Assembly: GCA_942490955.1 (NCBI GenBank)
Contig: CALNZE010000069.1
Span: forward strand, 4,776-68,775
DNA: 64,000 nt
DNA from: an uncultured Alphaproteobacteria bacterium
GTDB taxonomy: Bacteria > Pseudomonadota > Alphaproteobacteria > Rhizobiales > HXMU1428-3
Direction: 5' to 3'
Under the pieces are notes generated by a model. That model was not told the origin of the DNA. It did no database searches and was given only the letters and a program-made list of their open reading frames with translations. Made by a program: the position numbers and the translations under genes. Positions 55,120 through 64,000 of this stretch are shown here, piece by piece (the first letter of the stretch is position 1; every line of letters begins with the position of its first letter).

Positions 55120-57039
55120 GTGAAAACACCCCATCTCGACACACCTCTTCTAGACCAGGTCAAAGCCCCCGCCGATCTTGAACATATCTCAGACGGCGAC
55201 CTCGTCCAGCTCGCGAGTGAGTTGCGCGAGGAAATGATCTCCGCTGTTTCAGTCACCGGCGGCCATCTTGGCGCCGGTCTTGGCGTTGTCGAGCTAACAG
55301 TGGCCTTACATAAAGTGTTTAACACACCAGAAGACAAGCTCATCTGGGATGTGGGCCACCAGGCCTACCCGCACAAAATCCTCACCGGCCGCCGCGATCA
55401 GATCAGAACGCTGCGCCAGCCCGGCGGCCTCTCCGGCTTTACCAAACGCGCCGAGAGCATCTACGACCCCTTCGGCGCAGCCCACTCCTCCACCTCCATT
55501 TCCGCCGGCCTCGGCATGGCGGTCGCAAGGGATATTGAGAAAAAAGATCACAACGTCATCGCCGTCATTGGCGACGGCGCCATGAGCGCTGGCATGGCCT
55601 ATGAAGCCATGAACAACGCCGGTGCCATGAGCTCTCGGCTTATTGTCATCCTGAATGATAATGACATGAGTATCGCGCCCCCCGTTGGCGCCATGAGCGC
55701 CTATCTCGCCCGCCTTGTCTCCGGCAAAACATATCTTTCATTGCGCGAGACGGCCAAGCAGCTTGCCGCCCACCTGCCGGATTTCATGCAGGACAAGGCC
55801 CGCAAAACGGAAGAATATGCCCGCGGCTTCTGGGCCGGTGGCAGCCTCTTTGAAGAGCTCGGCTTCTATTATGTCGGCCCCATCGACGGCCACAATCTCG
55901 ACCATCTCCTCCCCATCCTGCGCAATGTCCGCGACACCGACAAAGGCCCCATCCTCGTCCATGTCGTCACGAAAAAAGGCAAGGGCTACAAACCGGCTGA
56001 AAGCTCGGATGATAAATATCACGGCGTCGGCCGCTTTAACATCATCACCGGCGAGAAAGAAAAAGCCAAAGCCAACGCACCCACCTACACCGGCGTATTC
56101 GCCAATGCCCTCGCCAAGGAAGCGGCCAAGGACCCAAAAATCATCGCCGTCACCGCCGCCATGCCTTCCGGCACAGGCCTCGACCAGTTTGCAAAAACCT
56201 ACCCCGACCGCTGCTTCGATGTCGGCATCGCCGAGCAGCACGCCGTCACTTTCTCCGCTGGCCTTGCAGCAGAAGGCATGAAGCCTTTCGCCGCCATCTA
56301 CTCCACATTCCTGCAGCGCGCCTATGACCAGATTGTTCACGATGTCGCCATCCAGAACCTGCCTGTTCGTTTCGCCATTGACCGCGCTGGCCTTGTTGGC
56401 GCTGATGGCCCGACCCATGCTGGCAGTTTCGATGTCGCCTACCTGACCAATTTACCCAACTTCACCGTGATGGCAGCAAGCGACGAAGCCGAGCTTATAC
56501 ATATGGTGGCTACCGCCGCTGCCTATAATGACGGCCCGTCAAGCTTCCGCTACCCGCGCGGCGAAGGCGTCGGTGTTGAGCTGCCAGATGAAGGCATACC
56601 GCTTGAGATCGGCAAAGGCCGCCTCATCCAGCAAGGCTCATCCGTCGCCCTTCTCTCCTTCGGCACACGGCTTGAAGAAACCCGCAAGGCCGCCGATATG
56701 CTCGGCTCACTTGGTCTTTCCACGACCATAGCCGATGCCCGCTTTGCCAAACCGCTGGATCATGAGCTGATAACCCAGCTAGCCAAACACCACGAAATCC
56801 TCATCACCATCGAGGAAGGCGCCGTCGGTGGTTTCGCCGCCCATGTCACCCAGTATCTGACCGACAACGGCCTGCTGGACAACGGCCTGAAATTCCGCAG
56901 CCTCTGCCTGCCCGACAGCTTCATCGATCATCACAAACCAGACATCCAATACGAGCAAGCCGGCCTGACCGCCCCCCACATCGTCAAAACGGTCATGAAC
57001 GCCCTCGGCAAGGAATTCACCCTGCAAGACCGGGCGTAA
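55120..57039 (+). CDS. dxs: 1-deoxy-D-xylulose-5-phosphate synthase
   Basis: [19 protein letters not shown]...LNDN, IAEQH and DGPTH. Confidence 0.98.
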   Translation: MKTPHLDTPLLDQVKAPADLEHISDGDLVQLASELREEMISAVSVTGGHLGAGLGVVELTVALHKVFNTPEDKLIWDVGHQAYPHKILTGRRDQIRTLRQPGGLSGFTKRAESIYDPFGAAHSSTSISAGLGMAVARDIEKKDHNVIAVIGDGAMSAGMAYEAMNNAGAMSSRLIVILNDNDMSIAPPVGAMSAYLARLVSGKTYLSLRETAKQLAAHLPDFMQDKARKTEEYARGFWAGGSLFEELGFYYVGPIDGHNLDHLLPILRNVRDTDKGPILVHVVTKKGKGYKPAESSDDKYHGVGRFNIITGEKEKAKANAPTYTGVFANALAKEAAKDPKIIAVTAAMPSGTGLDQFAKTYPDRCFDVGIAEQHAVTFSAGLAAEGMKPFAAIYSTFLQRAYDQIVHDVAIQNLPVRFAIDRAGLVGADGPTHAGSFDVAYLTNLPNFTVMAASDEAELIHMVATAAAYNDGPSSFRYPRGEGVGVELPDEGIPLEIGKGRLIQQGSSVALLSFGTRLEETRKAADMLGSLGLSTTIADARFAKPLDHELITQLAKHHEILITIEEGAVGGFAAHVTQYLTDNGLLDNGLKFRSLCLPDSFIDHHKPDIQYEQAGLTAPHIVKTVMNALGKEFTLQDRA

Positions 57040-57165
57040 AGTGAGCGGGGCAAAACCCCGCCAGGCCAATTGCTGCATCGGGTTGAATGCCCCTTTACTC
57101 TGGCCCACCTCCAGCGCGCATGTTAGCCTTGCCGGCATATTTTATCATTTTGCTGAGGGTCAATT

Positions 57166-57771
57166 ATGAGATTTTCCATTGCCAAACCTTTGTCGCCATT
57201 TGCACTAAGCGCAGTGATGTTTTTTCTTATTTCAGGCTCAGCGGTCGCCCATACCGGCGGCGGTGAGGTGGGCGGCTTTACCAGCGGCTTCACGCATCCG
57301 CTTTTTGGCTGGGATCACGTGGTGGCCATGTTCGCCGTCGGTCTCTGGGGCGCTTTCCTCGGCGCTCCCGCAATCTGGATATTGCCGATTGTCTTCCCGC
57401 TGATCATGGTTGTCGGCGGCATTATGGGAATTGCCGGTGTTCCCATCCCCGCTGTTGAGACCGGCATTGCATCCTCTGCCATTGTGCTTGGCCTGCTTGT
57501 CGCCTTGTCCATACGCCTGCCGATCGCCCTCGCTATGATCATCGTTGCCCTCTTCGCCATATTTCATGGCCATGCGCACGGAACAGAGCTTCCCTCGGCA
57601 GCCAGCCCGGTGACCTATGCCGCCGGCTTTGTCATCGCAACGGGCCTGCTTCATCTGCTCGGTATATTATTTGGCGAATTATCCCGCTGGAAGACGGGGC
57701 GCTACGCCGTGCAAGCGGGCGGCGCGGCGATCGCTCTGGTCGGCGTCGCCTTTCTTGTCGGTTGGGTCTAA
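57166..57771 (+). CDS. HupE/UreJ family Ni/Co transporter
   Basis: Signal peptide followed by AH, then GFTHPLFGWDH, FHGHAHGTE and TGLLH. Confidence 0.93.
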   Translation: MRFSIAKPLSPFALSAVMFFLISGSAVAHTGGGEVGGFTSGFTHPLFGWDHVVAMFAVGLWGAFLGAPAIWILPIVFPLIMVVGGIMGIAGVPIPAVETGIASSAIVLGLLVALSIRLPIALAMIIVALFAIFHGHAHGTELPSAASPVTYAAGFVIATGLLHLLGILFGELSRWKTGRYAVQAGGAAIALVGVAFLVGWV

Positions 57772-57775
57772 CGCC

Positions 57776-58372
57776 TTGCGCACAGGTCTCCTCGCAACTC
57801 TGATGTTTCTTGCCACCGCCAGCGCGGCCGCGGCCCATGGCGGCATGGAGGTCTCACCCGGCTTCGTCTCTGGCTTGTGGCATCCGCTGGCTGTTCCTGC
57901 CCATTGCCTAGCCATCCTCGCCATCGCCATGTTGCAGGGCAGACATGGCCTTGTCGTGTTGCAATTCCGCTCACTGATATTTGCCGCCGCGCTTTTTCTG
58001 GGTCTCAGTGCAACACTGCTTTCACCGCCGGTTTACAGCCTTTATATTGCCCTGCTCTCGCTCACCATCATCACCGGCTTGCTGGTGGCGCTTGGCCGGC
58101 AGCTGCCATTGACCTTGGTCACGGGCCTTTCTGCCATCATCCTCCTGCTGGTCGGCTTCGACTCCGGCGTCTCGACCGGCAGTTGGGGCGTTACCATCGC
58201 AGCCCTCGCCGGAATAGCCATCGGCATCATCCTGCTCAACGCCGCCATCACCGAACTTGTGGCACATATCCACGACGCCTGGCCCAATTGGACCAAAATC
58301 GGCGTCCGTGTCGTCGCTTCCTGGGTCGCCGCTATCGCCGCCTTGATCCTGAGCCTGCAGCTTTTCACCTGA
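57776..58372 (+). CDS. Divergent second HupE/UreJ paralog
   Basis: AAAAHG...GLWHPLAVPAH, GFDSG in place of HGxxHG, and IGVRVVASW. Probable TTG start. Confidence 0.7.
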   Translation: MRTGLLATLMFLATASAAAAHGGMEVSPGFVSGLWHPLAVPAHCLAILAIAMLQGRHGLVVLQFRSLIFAAALFLGLSATLLSPPVYSLYIALLSLTIITGLLVALGRQLPLTLVTGLSAIILLLVGFDSGVSTGSWGVTIAALAGIAIGIILLNAAITELVAHIHDAWPNWTKIGVRVVASWVAAIAALILSLQLFT

Positions 58373-58463
58373 CGCAAGGCAACAAGCCACCCCACCATCA
58401 GCGCACGCCCGTTGTCGCAAAAACGACCGACCTGCCGTTAAACAGCCAATGACTCAAACGGCC

Positions 58464-58499
58464 TTGACTCTACGTCGAAATATCAATAATTCATGATAT
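58464..58499 (+). promoter_or_regulatory. arsR promoter with palindromic operator
   Basis: TTGACT at 58464; ATATCA-N8-TGATAT at 58480-58499 abuts the ATG. Confidence 0.55.
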
Positions 58500-58832
58500 A
58501 TGGATAAATCAGCCGCCGTTCTTGCCTTCGCCGCACTCAGCCAGCCAACCCGGCTGGATGTCTTTCGCCTGCTGGTCAAAGCGGGCGAGGCCGGCATGAG
58601 CGCTGGCGAAATCGGCGAAAAACTCTCCATCCGCCAGAACACCATGTCAGCCAATCTCACTCTGCTGGCCCGCACCAATCTCGTCCACAACCAGCGGGAA
58701 GGCCGCAGCATCCGCTACTTCGCAGATTATGACGGCATCAGAGACCTCATCGCCTTCCTGATGGAAGATTGCTGCGGCGGCAATAGTGAAATCTGCCAAC
58801 CCCTGCTCGATGAGATCGCCTGCGGCCGATAA
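58500..58832 (+). CDS. arsR: ArsR/SmtB repressor with a C-terminal Cys arsenite site
   Basis: ALSQPTRLDVFRLL, REGRSIRY and EDCCGG...C. Confidence 0.92.
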   Translation: MDKSAAVLAFAALSQPTRLDVFRLLVKAGEAGMSAGEIGEKLSIRQNTMSANLTLLARTNLVHNQREGRSIRYFADYDGIRDLIAFLMEDCCGGNSEICQPLLDEIACGR

Positions 58833-58841
58833 ACAAACGCC

Positions 58842-59576
58842 ATGAGCCAACCCGAATATCAGATAAGAGACCGCTCCATGACCTACTCCAACTCCCAGAA
58901 ATTCGCCGCCGAATTTATCGGCACCGCCTTCCTGCTCGCTACCGTTGTTGGCTCCGGCATCATGGCCGAGCGTCTGGCGGGCGGCAATGTCGCCATTGCC
59001 CTGCTGGGCAACACCCTGCCGACAGGCGCCATCCTTGTTGTCCTCATCACCATGCTCGGCCCCATCTCAGGCGCCCATTTCAACCCGGCGGTCACGCTCG
59101 TATTCGCGCTGAAAAAAACCATCACCTTCAATCAGTCGATGGGCTATCTGGCCATGCAGGTCGCAGGTGCAATTATTGGCGTCTGGGTTGCCCACATGAT
59201 GTTTGACGTGCCGGTGCTGCAGTTTTCACAAAAAATCCGCACCGGCGAGGCGCAATGGTTCGCGGAAGCCGTCGCCACCTTCGGGCTTATTTTCACCATT
59301 CTCGCCACCTTGAAAACCAGAGAAAGCGCCGTGCCAATGGCTGTCGGCCTCTATATCACCGCAGCCTACTGGTTCACCGCGTCAACCTCTTTCACCAACC
59401 CTGCCGTCACCATCGCCCGCGGCCTGACAGACAGCTTCGCTGGCATCCGCCCGGCTGATGTCCCGCTCTTCACCCTCTCGCAATGCGCTGGCGCCATCAT
59501 CGCGCTCTTTGTTTGCAGCTGGCTGTTACAGGAGCGGCATGATAAATTCACCGCCACAGAAAAGGTAAAAAGCTGA
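58842..59576 (+). CDS. MIP/aquaporin family channel (AqpS-like arsenite channel)
   Basis: AEFIGT, SGAHFNPAVT and YWFTASTSFTNPAVT; follows arsR. Confidence 0.9.
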   Translation: MSQPEYQIRDRSMTYSNSQKFAAEFIGTAFLLATVVGSGIMAERLAGGNVAIALLGNTLPTGAILVVLITMLGPISGAHFNPAVTLVFALKKTITFNQSMGYLAMQVAGAIIGVWVAHMMFDVPVLQFSQKIRTGEAQWFAEAVATFGLIFTILATLKTRESAVPMAVGLYITAAYWFTASTSFTNPAVTIARGLTDSFAGIRPADVPLFTLSQCAGAIIALFVCSWLLQERHDKFTATEKVKS

Positions 59577-59603
59577 CCGAGCAGTTCGCAGGGAGCCAAC
59601 CTC

Positions 59604-60209
59604 ATGCCCACGAACAATTTCGTCTTCATCGAAGAGGCCACCAAAAAAGACGCAACAGATCTCGCGCATCTGATAAACATTGCCGGCGAAGGCATGCCGC
59701 ATTTCATGTGGCAATCCATAGCCGACCAAAAAGGTCGCGGAGAAACAGCCCTGGACATCGGCACCGCCCGCGCCCGCCGCGAAAAAGGCGACTTCAGCTA
59801 TCGAAATGCCTGTGTGGTAAGGGGAGAAAACCGACTAAGGGCAGGCGTTATCTCCGGCCCGCTACCGGCCCCCTACGACATCGGCAATCTGGACGATTTC
59901 CCAGCCTGCATCCGCCCGTTGATCCTGCTGAAATCAAAAGCTCCCGGCAGTTGGTTTATCAATTTTCTTGCCGTGTATGAGTCCGATCGGCGGCAACGTT
60001 TGGCCAGCGCCTTGCTCGCCGACACCCTGAGGCGCGCCGCATTTGCAGCCCGCCCTTATGCCAGCCTCATAGTTCATTCTACCAGCGCGCCCGCGCTTGC
60101 CTTTTTTCAGGATTTTGGTTTCTCTCCCAAAGCAGCCCACCCGACGGTGACAATCCCAGGCGTTATTTCAGGCGGCACATGGCAGCTAATGGTCAAATCT
60201 GTCTTCTGA
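59604..60209 (+). CDS. GNAT-fold protein
   Basis: LINIAGEG.P...W, FSYRN and WFINFLAV...RRQRLASALL; GGAG ribosome-binding site. Confidence 0.8.
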   Translation: MPTNNFVFIEEATKKDATDLAHLINIAGEGMPHFMWQSIADQKGRGETALDIGTARARREKGDFSYRNACVVRGENRLRAGVISGPLPAPYDIGNLDDFPACIRPLILLKSKAPGSWFINFLAVYESDRRQRLASALLADTLRRAAFAARPYASLIVHSTSAPALAFFQDFGFSPKAAHPTVTIPGVISGGTWQLMVKSVF

Positions 60210-60298
60210 TCAGCCCACTCATATGCTCGCGCAAGACAGGCACTTCGCTCCGGCGGACAAAGCCTTCGCCTTGATCTCACCCCTTGAACCGTTACAGC

Positions 60299-60339
60299 AT
60301 TTATGCAATATCAACATATATAGAAATTTTTGCATAAAT
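60299..60339. promoter_or_regulatory. Inverted repeat upstream of tupA (candidate operator)
   Basis: ATTTATGCAA-N21-TTGCATAAAT with perfect 10-bp arms. Confidence 0.55.
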
Positions 60340-60425
60340 AGCGTAATTACTGCAGGTGAAAAGCGCTCGAATTGTCAGCGTTAGACCCATCGGCAGTGAT
60401 GCGCAAAAGCAGGTGAGGTCTAGAA

Positions 60426-61295
60426 ATGCGTCCCAAAACAAAATATTGCGCCAAATTGCGTCTGCTCCCGGCCATTGCCGCCACCGTGATCGCGGCGGGC
60501 GGCCTGGCGGCGCCAGCCGTCGCTGCTGAAAAGTCAATTATTGTCCAGTCCACCACCTCAACCCAGAATTCCGGCCTGCTGAATTACCTGCTGCCGATGT
60601 TCGAGAAAAAAACCGGCATCAAGGTCAATGTCGTCGCCGTCGGCACCGGTCAGGCTCTCAAAAATGCCCGCAATGGCGATGGTGATGTCCTCCTCGTTCA
60701 CGCCAAATCCGCAGAGGATAAGTTCGTCGCCGATGGCTTCGGCGTGAAGCGCTTTGACGTTATGTTCAATGACTTTGTCATCATCGGCCCCAAAAGCGAT
60801 CCCGCCAAAATCAAAGGCACAAAGGACGCACCCAAAGCCTTTGCAATGCTGGCCGAGGCCAAAGCCCCCTTCGCCTCACGGGGCGACGACAGCGGCACGC
60901 ACAAAAAAGAACTCAAACTCTGGAAAATGGCTGAGATTATCCCCGGCAAAGACCAGTCCTGGTATCGCGAGACCGGCTCCGGCATGGGCGCCACGCTGAA
61001 TGTCGCCGCCGGCATGGGCGCTTATGTCATGTCTGACCGCGCCACATGGATCGCCTTTAAAAACAAAAGCAATCTGGAAATACTGGTCGAAGGCGACGAG
61101 CGCCTGTTCAACCAATACGGCGTCATCCTCGTGAATCCGGAAAAGCACAAGAAGGTCAAAGCCCAGGAAGGCCAGGCCTTTGTTGACTGGCTCACTGGCG
61201 CTGACGGCCAGGCGGCCATCAAATCCTTCAAGGTGAATGGCAAGCAGCTATTCTTCCCCAATGCGAAACCGGAAGAAATGAAAAAGGCCAGCTAA
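60426..61295 (+). CDS. tupA: Tungstate ABC transporter substrate-binding protein
   Basis: STTSTQNSGL, AVGTGQAL, LLVH, SRGDDSGTH, GMGATL and SDRATW. Confidence 0.9.
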   Translation: MRPKTKYCAKLRLLPAIAATVIAAGGLAAPAVAAEKSIIVQSTTSTQNSGLLNYLLPMFEKKTGIKVNVVAVGTGQALKNARNGDGDVLLVHAKSAEDKFVADGFGVKRFDVMFNDFVIIGPKSDPAKIKGTKDAPKAFAMLAEAKAPFASRGDDSGTHKKELKLWKMAEIIPGKDQSWYRETGSGMGATLNVAAGMGAYVMSDRATWIAFKNKSNLEILVEGDERLFNQYGVILVNPEKHKKVKAQEGQAFVDWLTGADGQAAIKSFKVNGKQLFFPNAKPEEMKKAS

Positions 61296-61351
61296 TCCAG
61301 CCGGCCCGTTAATCAACATCTCACCAACAGCTCATTGGTTAATGAGCGACC

Positions 61352-61391
61352 GCGGCAGGTCACTTGAGCCTCCTCTTAAGCGACCTGCCGC
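61352..61391. terminator. Stem-loop between convergent tupA and regulator
   Basis: GCGGCAGGTC ... GACCTGCCGC. Confidence 0.7.
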
Positions 61392-61399
61392 CACTTATT

Positions 61400-62287
61400 T
61401 TATTCACCGTTAAAGCGCACCTGCCACTGGCCGGAGATGTCATAACCACCAAATTCCTCCGCCCGTTTGGCAAACTGCTCCCCGCGGCTAAAGGCCATCA
61501 ACGTCTGGAATTGCGGGTCAAACCAGCCCTTGCGGCAAATCAGCAGGTCAAACCGCTCACTCATCACCGGCACAAAATCAAGATTAAGCTGGCGGGCAAT
61601 CGTCTCGAGCCCAAAACCCGCATCCGCCTGCCCTTCGGCCACCTTCAGCGCGCCGTCCATTTCAGACCGCTGCTCCTCGGTAAATTTAAAATCACTGGCA
61701 GATAACCCCGCCTCGTCCGCAAGCTGATTAAAAAGCTGCTGCGAGCCGGAGCCCTTCTGGCGCATTGCCACCTTCAGCCCCTTGAGATCTTCGATCTTGG
61801 AAATTTGCGCCGGATTGCCGGAGGGCACGATAAAGCCCCGCTCCCGCCAGGCCCATTCAACCAGCACCGCCCGGCGAAAATCCATTTCCGCTGCCACCAC
61901 CGGCACATTCCATTGCTTGCCCTTCGGCACATAGATATGCAGCCCCGCGCCAACCGCATCACCTTCCTTGAACCGCGCCAGCCCGTCCTGGCTGCAGTCA
62001 AACAGCGAAGCCAGCCCGGAGCGCGATTCCCGGAGCGCCCATTCCAACAGCGGATCATGGCTGCCAACCATCACCATTGAGCGCTCTTTTCGCCGCAGGG
62101 CTGAAAAACCCGAGCCATTTTCAACAAGCCACTGGTCAATCGCTTTTCTGGGGAAGAGCAGCTTGCCGGTCGCCCGGCTGCATGGCACCTCACCAGACGC
62201 CGCCAGGTCATAAACCCGCCGCTCCTTGATGCGCAGCAGATCCGCCAGCTCTTTGGTCGTTAAAAATTCGATAGACTGGTATCTCAT
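61400..62287 (-). CDS. Excisionase-type HTH + periplasmic-binding-protein-like (molybdate/tungstate-type) transcriptional regulator
   Basis: FLTTKELADLLRIKER.VY, TGKLLFP, GSHDPLL and RQKGSGS. Confidence 0.88.
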   Translation of the reverse strand: MRYQSIEFLTTKELADLLRIKERRVYDLAASGEVPCSRATGKLLFPRKAIDQWLVENGSGFSALRRKERSMVMVGSHDPLLEWALRESRSGLASLFDCSQDGLARFKEGDAVGAGLHIYVPKGKQWNVPVVAAEMDFRRAVLVEWAWRERGFIVPSGNPAQISKIEDLKGLKVAMRQKGSGSQQLFNQLADEAGLSASDFKFTEEQRSEMDGALKVAEGQADAGFGLETIARQLNLDFVPVMSERFDLLICRKGWFDPQFQTLMAFSRGEQFAKRAEEFGGYDISGQWQVRFNGE

Positions 62288-62501
62288 AGGTCAACTGGCT
62301 CCAACCGCTTTTCAAAAGGGCCCGTTGTGCACCGCGACAAGCGCGAGTGCACAGCCGGCAATCATTCCCCAAAACCCCTCAAGGTTCTTACAATATAGCT
62401 GAAATCAAATCACATCAAAAGCACATCGGCAGCACCAGGCCGCACAACTCATTGCTGGCAGCAATCCCACCCCGCAACCGGGCGTTTAAACATTCAGCCC
62501 T

Positions 62502-62561
62502 CTTGCGCCTAACGTTTCTGCGTCAGAGATTTCTGCGCCTAATATTTCTGCGTCTGAGTTT
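62502..62561. repeat. Four degenerate 15-bp tandem units (TCTGCG...)
   Basis: CTTGCGCCTAACGTT / TCTGCGTCAGAGATT / TCTGCGCCTAATATT / TCTGCGTCTGAGTTT. Confidence 0.8.
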
Positions 62562-63600
62562 ATTGCTGCTGAGTTTTAAGCTGTTGAATTTTTTGGCGCT
62601 CAGCGTCCTGCTGTTTTAGCAGTTTTTTCTGCTGGCGTTGGCGCTCCGCATCCACGGCTGCCTGATCACCCAGATGCGCTACCCCTTGTGCTTCTGCCAA
62701 AGCCATTTGCTTTTGCCGCTCGCGCGCCCGTGCCCGCTCCGCCTCACTGCGCTTACCCACACAATAGCTGCACTGCACCCCAAGCTCATAGTCAGCATGC
62801 CCCTGGTCCTCTGGCGACAGAGGCTGGCGGCAGGCATGGCAAAGCAGATAATCCTGCGGCTTCAGGTCATGGCCAACGGCCACCCGCTCATCAAAAACAA
62901 AACAGCCACCCTCAAAAAGGCTCTCCTCTTCCGGCTGCTCCTCCAGATAGCGCAGAATGCCGCCTTTCAGGTGATAAACCTCACCAAAGCCATGCGCCAA
63001 CATATAGCTGGATGCCTTCTCACAGCGAATACCGCCCGTGCAGAACATCGCCACCTTTGGCGTTGTCGCCGGGTCAAGATTCGCCGCCACCCAATCCTTG
63101 AAGTCAGTGAAGCTCTGGGTCTTGGGGTCAATCGCCCCCTTGAAGCTGCCGATCGCCACCTCATAATCATTGCGCGTATCAAGCACCACCATATCGGGGT
63201 CGGATATGATGTCATTCCATTCATTCGGCGTAACATAGGTGCCAACCTGCTTTGTCGGGTCCGCCTCTGGCGCCCGCATGGTGACAATCTCCGGCTTCAG
63301 CCGCACCTTCATGCGGCGAAATGGCGGCTTGGCGGTATAGGAAATCTTCACATCCAGCCCGGCCAACCGGCCCTTGAATATCGCATCGCCGCGCAAATAA
63401 TCCAGCAAAGCGTCAATCGCTAGTGGAGCCCCGGCAACGGTGCCATTGATGCCCTCTCGCGCCAGCAATAATGTCCCCTTGATGCCGCGCGCCTCGCAGA
63501 ACGCCGTCAGCGGCGCGCGCAAAGCTTCAAAATCCGGCAGCGCAACAAATTGATAGAGCGCTGCCACCTTTTGCTCAATGAGGGGATCGATCGCGGTCAT
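62560..63600 (-). CDS. trhO: Rhodanese-related tRNA uridine(34) hydroxylase (UPF0176)
   Basis: EGINGT, DTRNDYE, FCTGGIRCEK, LKGGILRYL and CFVFDER. Confidence 0.93.
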   Translation of the reverse strand: MTAIDPLIEQKVAALYQFVALPDFEALRAPLTAFCEARGIKGTLLLAREGINGTVAGAPLAIDALLDYLRGDAIFKGRLAGLDVKISYTAKPPFRRMKVRLKPEIVTMRAPEADPTKQVGTYVTPNEWNDIISDPDMVVLDTRNDYEVAIGSFKGAIDPKTQSFTDFKDWVAANLDPATTPKVAMFCTGGIRCEKASSYMLAHGFGEVYHLKGGILRYLEEQPEEESLFEGGCFVFDERVAVGHDLKPQDYLLCHACRQPLSPEDQGHADYELGVQCSYCVGKRSEAERARARERQKQMALAEAQGVAHLGDQAAVDAERQRQQKKLLKQQDAERQKIQQLKTQQQ

Positions 63601-63813
63601 GACCTGTCAAAAAACCTTAAATTTGCTATGTTGATCGAAGCCATAGCTCAAGCTTCCCGGCCGTTTTACACCCGCCACAGCCGGTTTGACAAGCCGCCAT
63701 CATCGCTCAAGCCGCCTTGAGACATGCAGCCAAAATGCCCCGCCGGCAATTTAATATCACAGCGCGACACAATATCCGCTTTACCGGGCCGAATTCCCAA
63801 CTAAGGTAAGCCC

Positions 63814-64000
63814 ATGTTGCTGCATAAAAAACATAAACGCGCCGCGTCTTACCCGCTGCTCACCGTGCTGATATTACAGTTCACCCTGTCCAGCTTGGTT
63901 TGCGCCGCCGCAGGTTATGCCGCCGCGGCATCATGACTCTTTGCACCGGCCTCGGGCTCAAAACCGTCACATAGATGACAATGCCAACCCAGTCGCAGAC
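63814..64000 (+). CDS. Probable DUF2946-like protein, 5' part, with two apparent 1-nt deletions
   Basis: Signal/TM segment, then IMTLCTGLGLKTVT(I)DDNANPV after correcting the frame twice. Confidence 0.45.

Noticed and set aside
54829-57039. No ispA between xseB and dxs
   Set aside because: As I recall, ispA is commonly located elsewhere in Hyphomicrobiales, so this is not unusual.
57040-57165. Cobalamin riboswitch before hupE/ureJ
   Set aside because: Gap is only about 125 bp and shows no B12-box; only a short GCGGGG/CCCCGC hairpin.
61400-62287. Prophage excisionase
   Set aside because: The HTH is fused to a PBP-like domain typical of regulators; no integrase or phage genes nearby.

Overview
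GC-rich alphaproteobacterial (Hyphomicrobiales-like) core chromosome. I found no rRNA, tRNA, CRISPR array, prophage or transposase. Gene order: aa3 cytochrome c oxidase operon (ctaC-ctaD-ctaB-coxF-ctaG-ctaE, minus strand), IalB-family protein, MATE pump, gshA, rsmE, ubiA, DUF6101-like protein, then cysQ-DUF4170-msbA-[DUF374::waaA fusion]-lpxK. Next come xseA, purD, a patatin, tadA, a pseudouridine synthase, rsmD, mutL, pgi, an M16 peptidase pair, lspA, ileS, ribF and a MaoC hydratase. A signalling block follows: orphan cheY-cheZ, HAD hydrolase, TipF-like degenerate EAL protein, a histidine kinase with an OmpR-type regulator, and an uncharacterised protein ending in a CheZ/FliM-type CheY-binding peptide. 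Then SRAP, FAD oxidoreductase, sua5, acyl-CoA dehydrogenase, crotonase, SDR, HDAC, xseB and dxs. The window ends with a metal/oxyanion cluster: two HupE/UreJ paralogs, arsR-aquaporin-GNAT without arsC, an orphan tupA with an HTH-PBP regulator, trhO and a DUF2946-like fragment. Several genes, some essential (ileS, lspA, xseA, IalB, DUF2946, possibly ribF), carry 1-2 nt indels in short runs that look like long-read assembly errors. The best leads are the CheZ-tail protein, the DUF374::WaaA fusion, the arsC-less ars/GNAT/tupA cluster, recurrent micro-duplications at gene ends and a strong strand-wide C skew. Family assignments come from motif recognition by eye; no database search was run.
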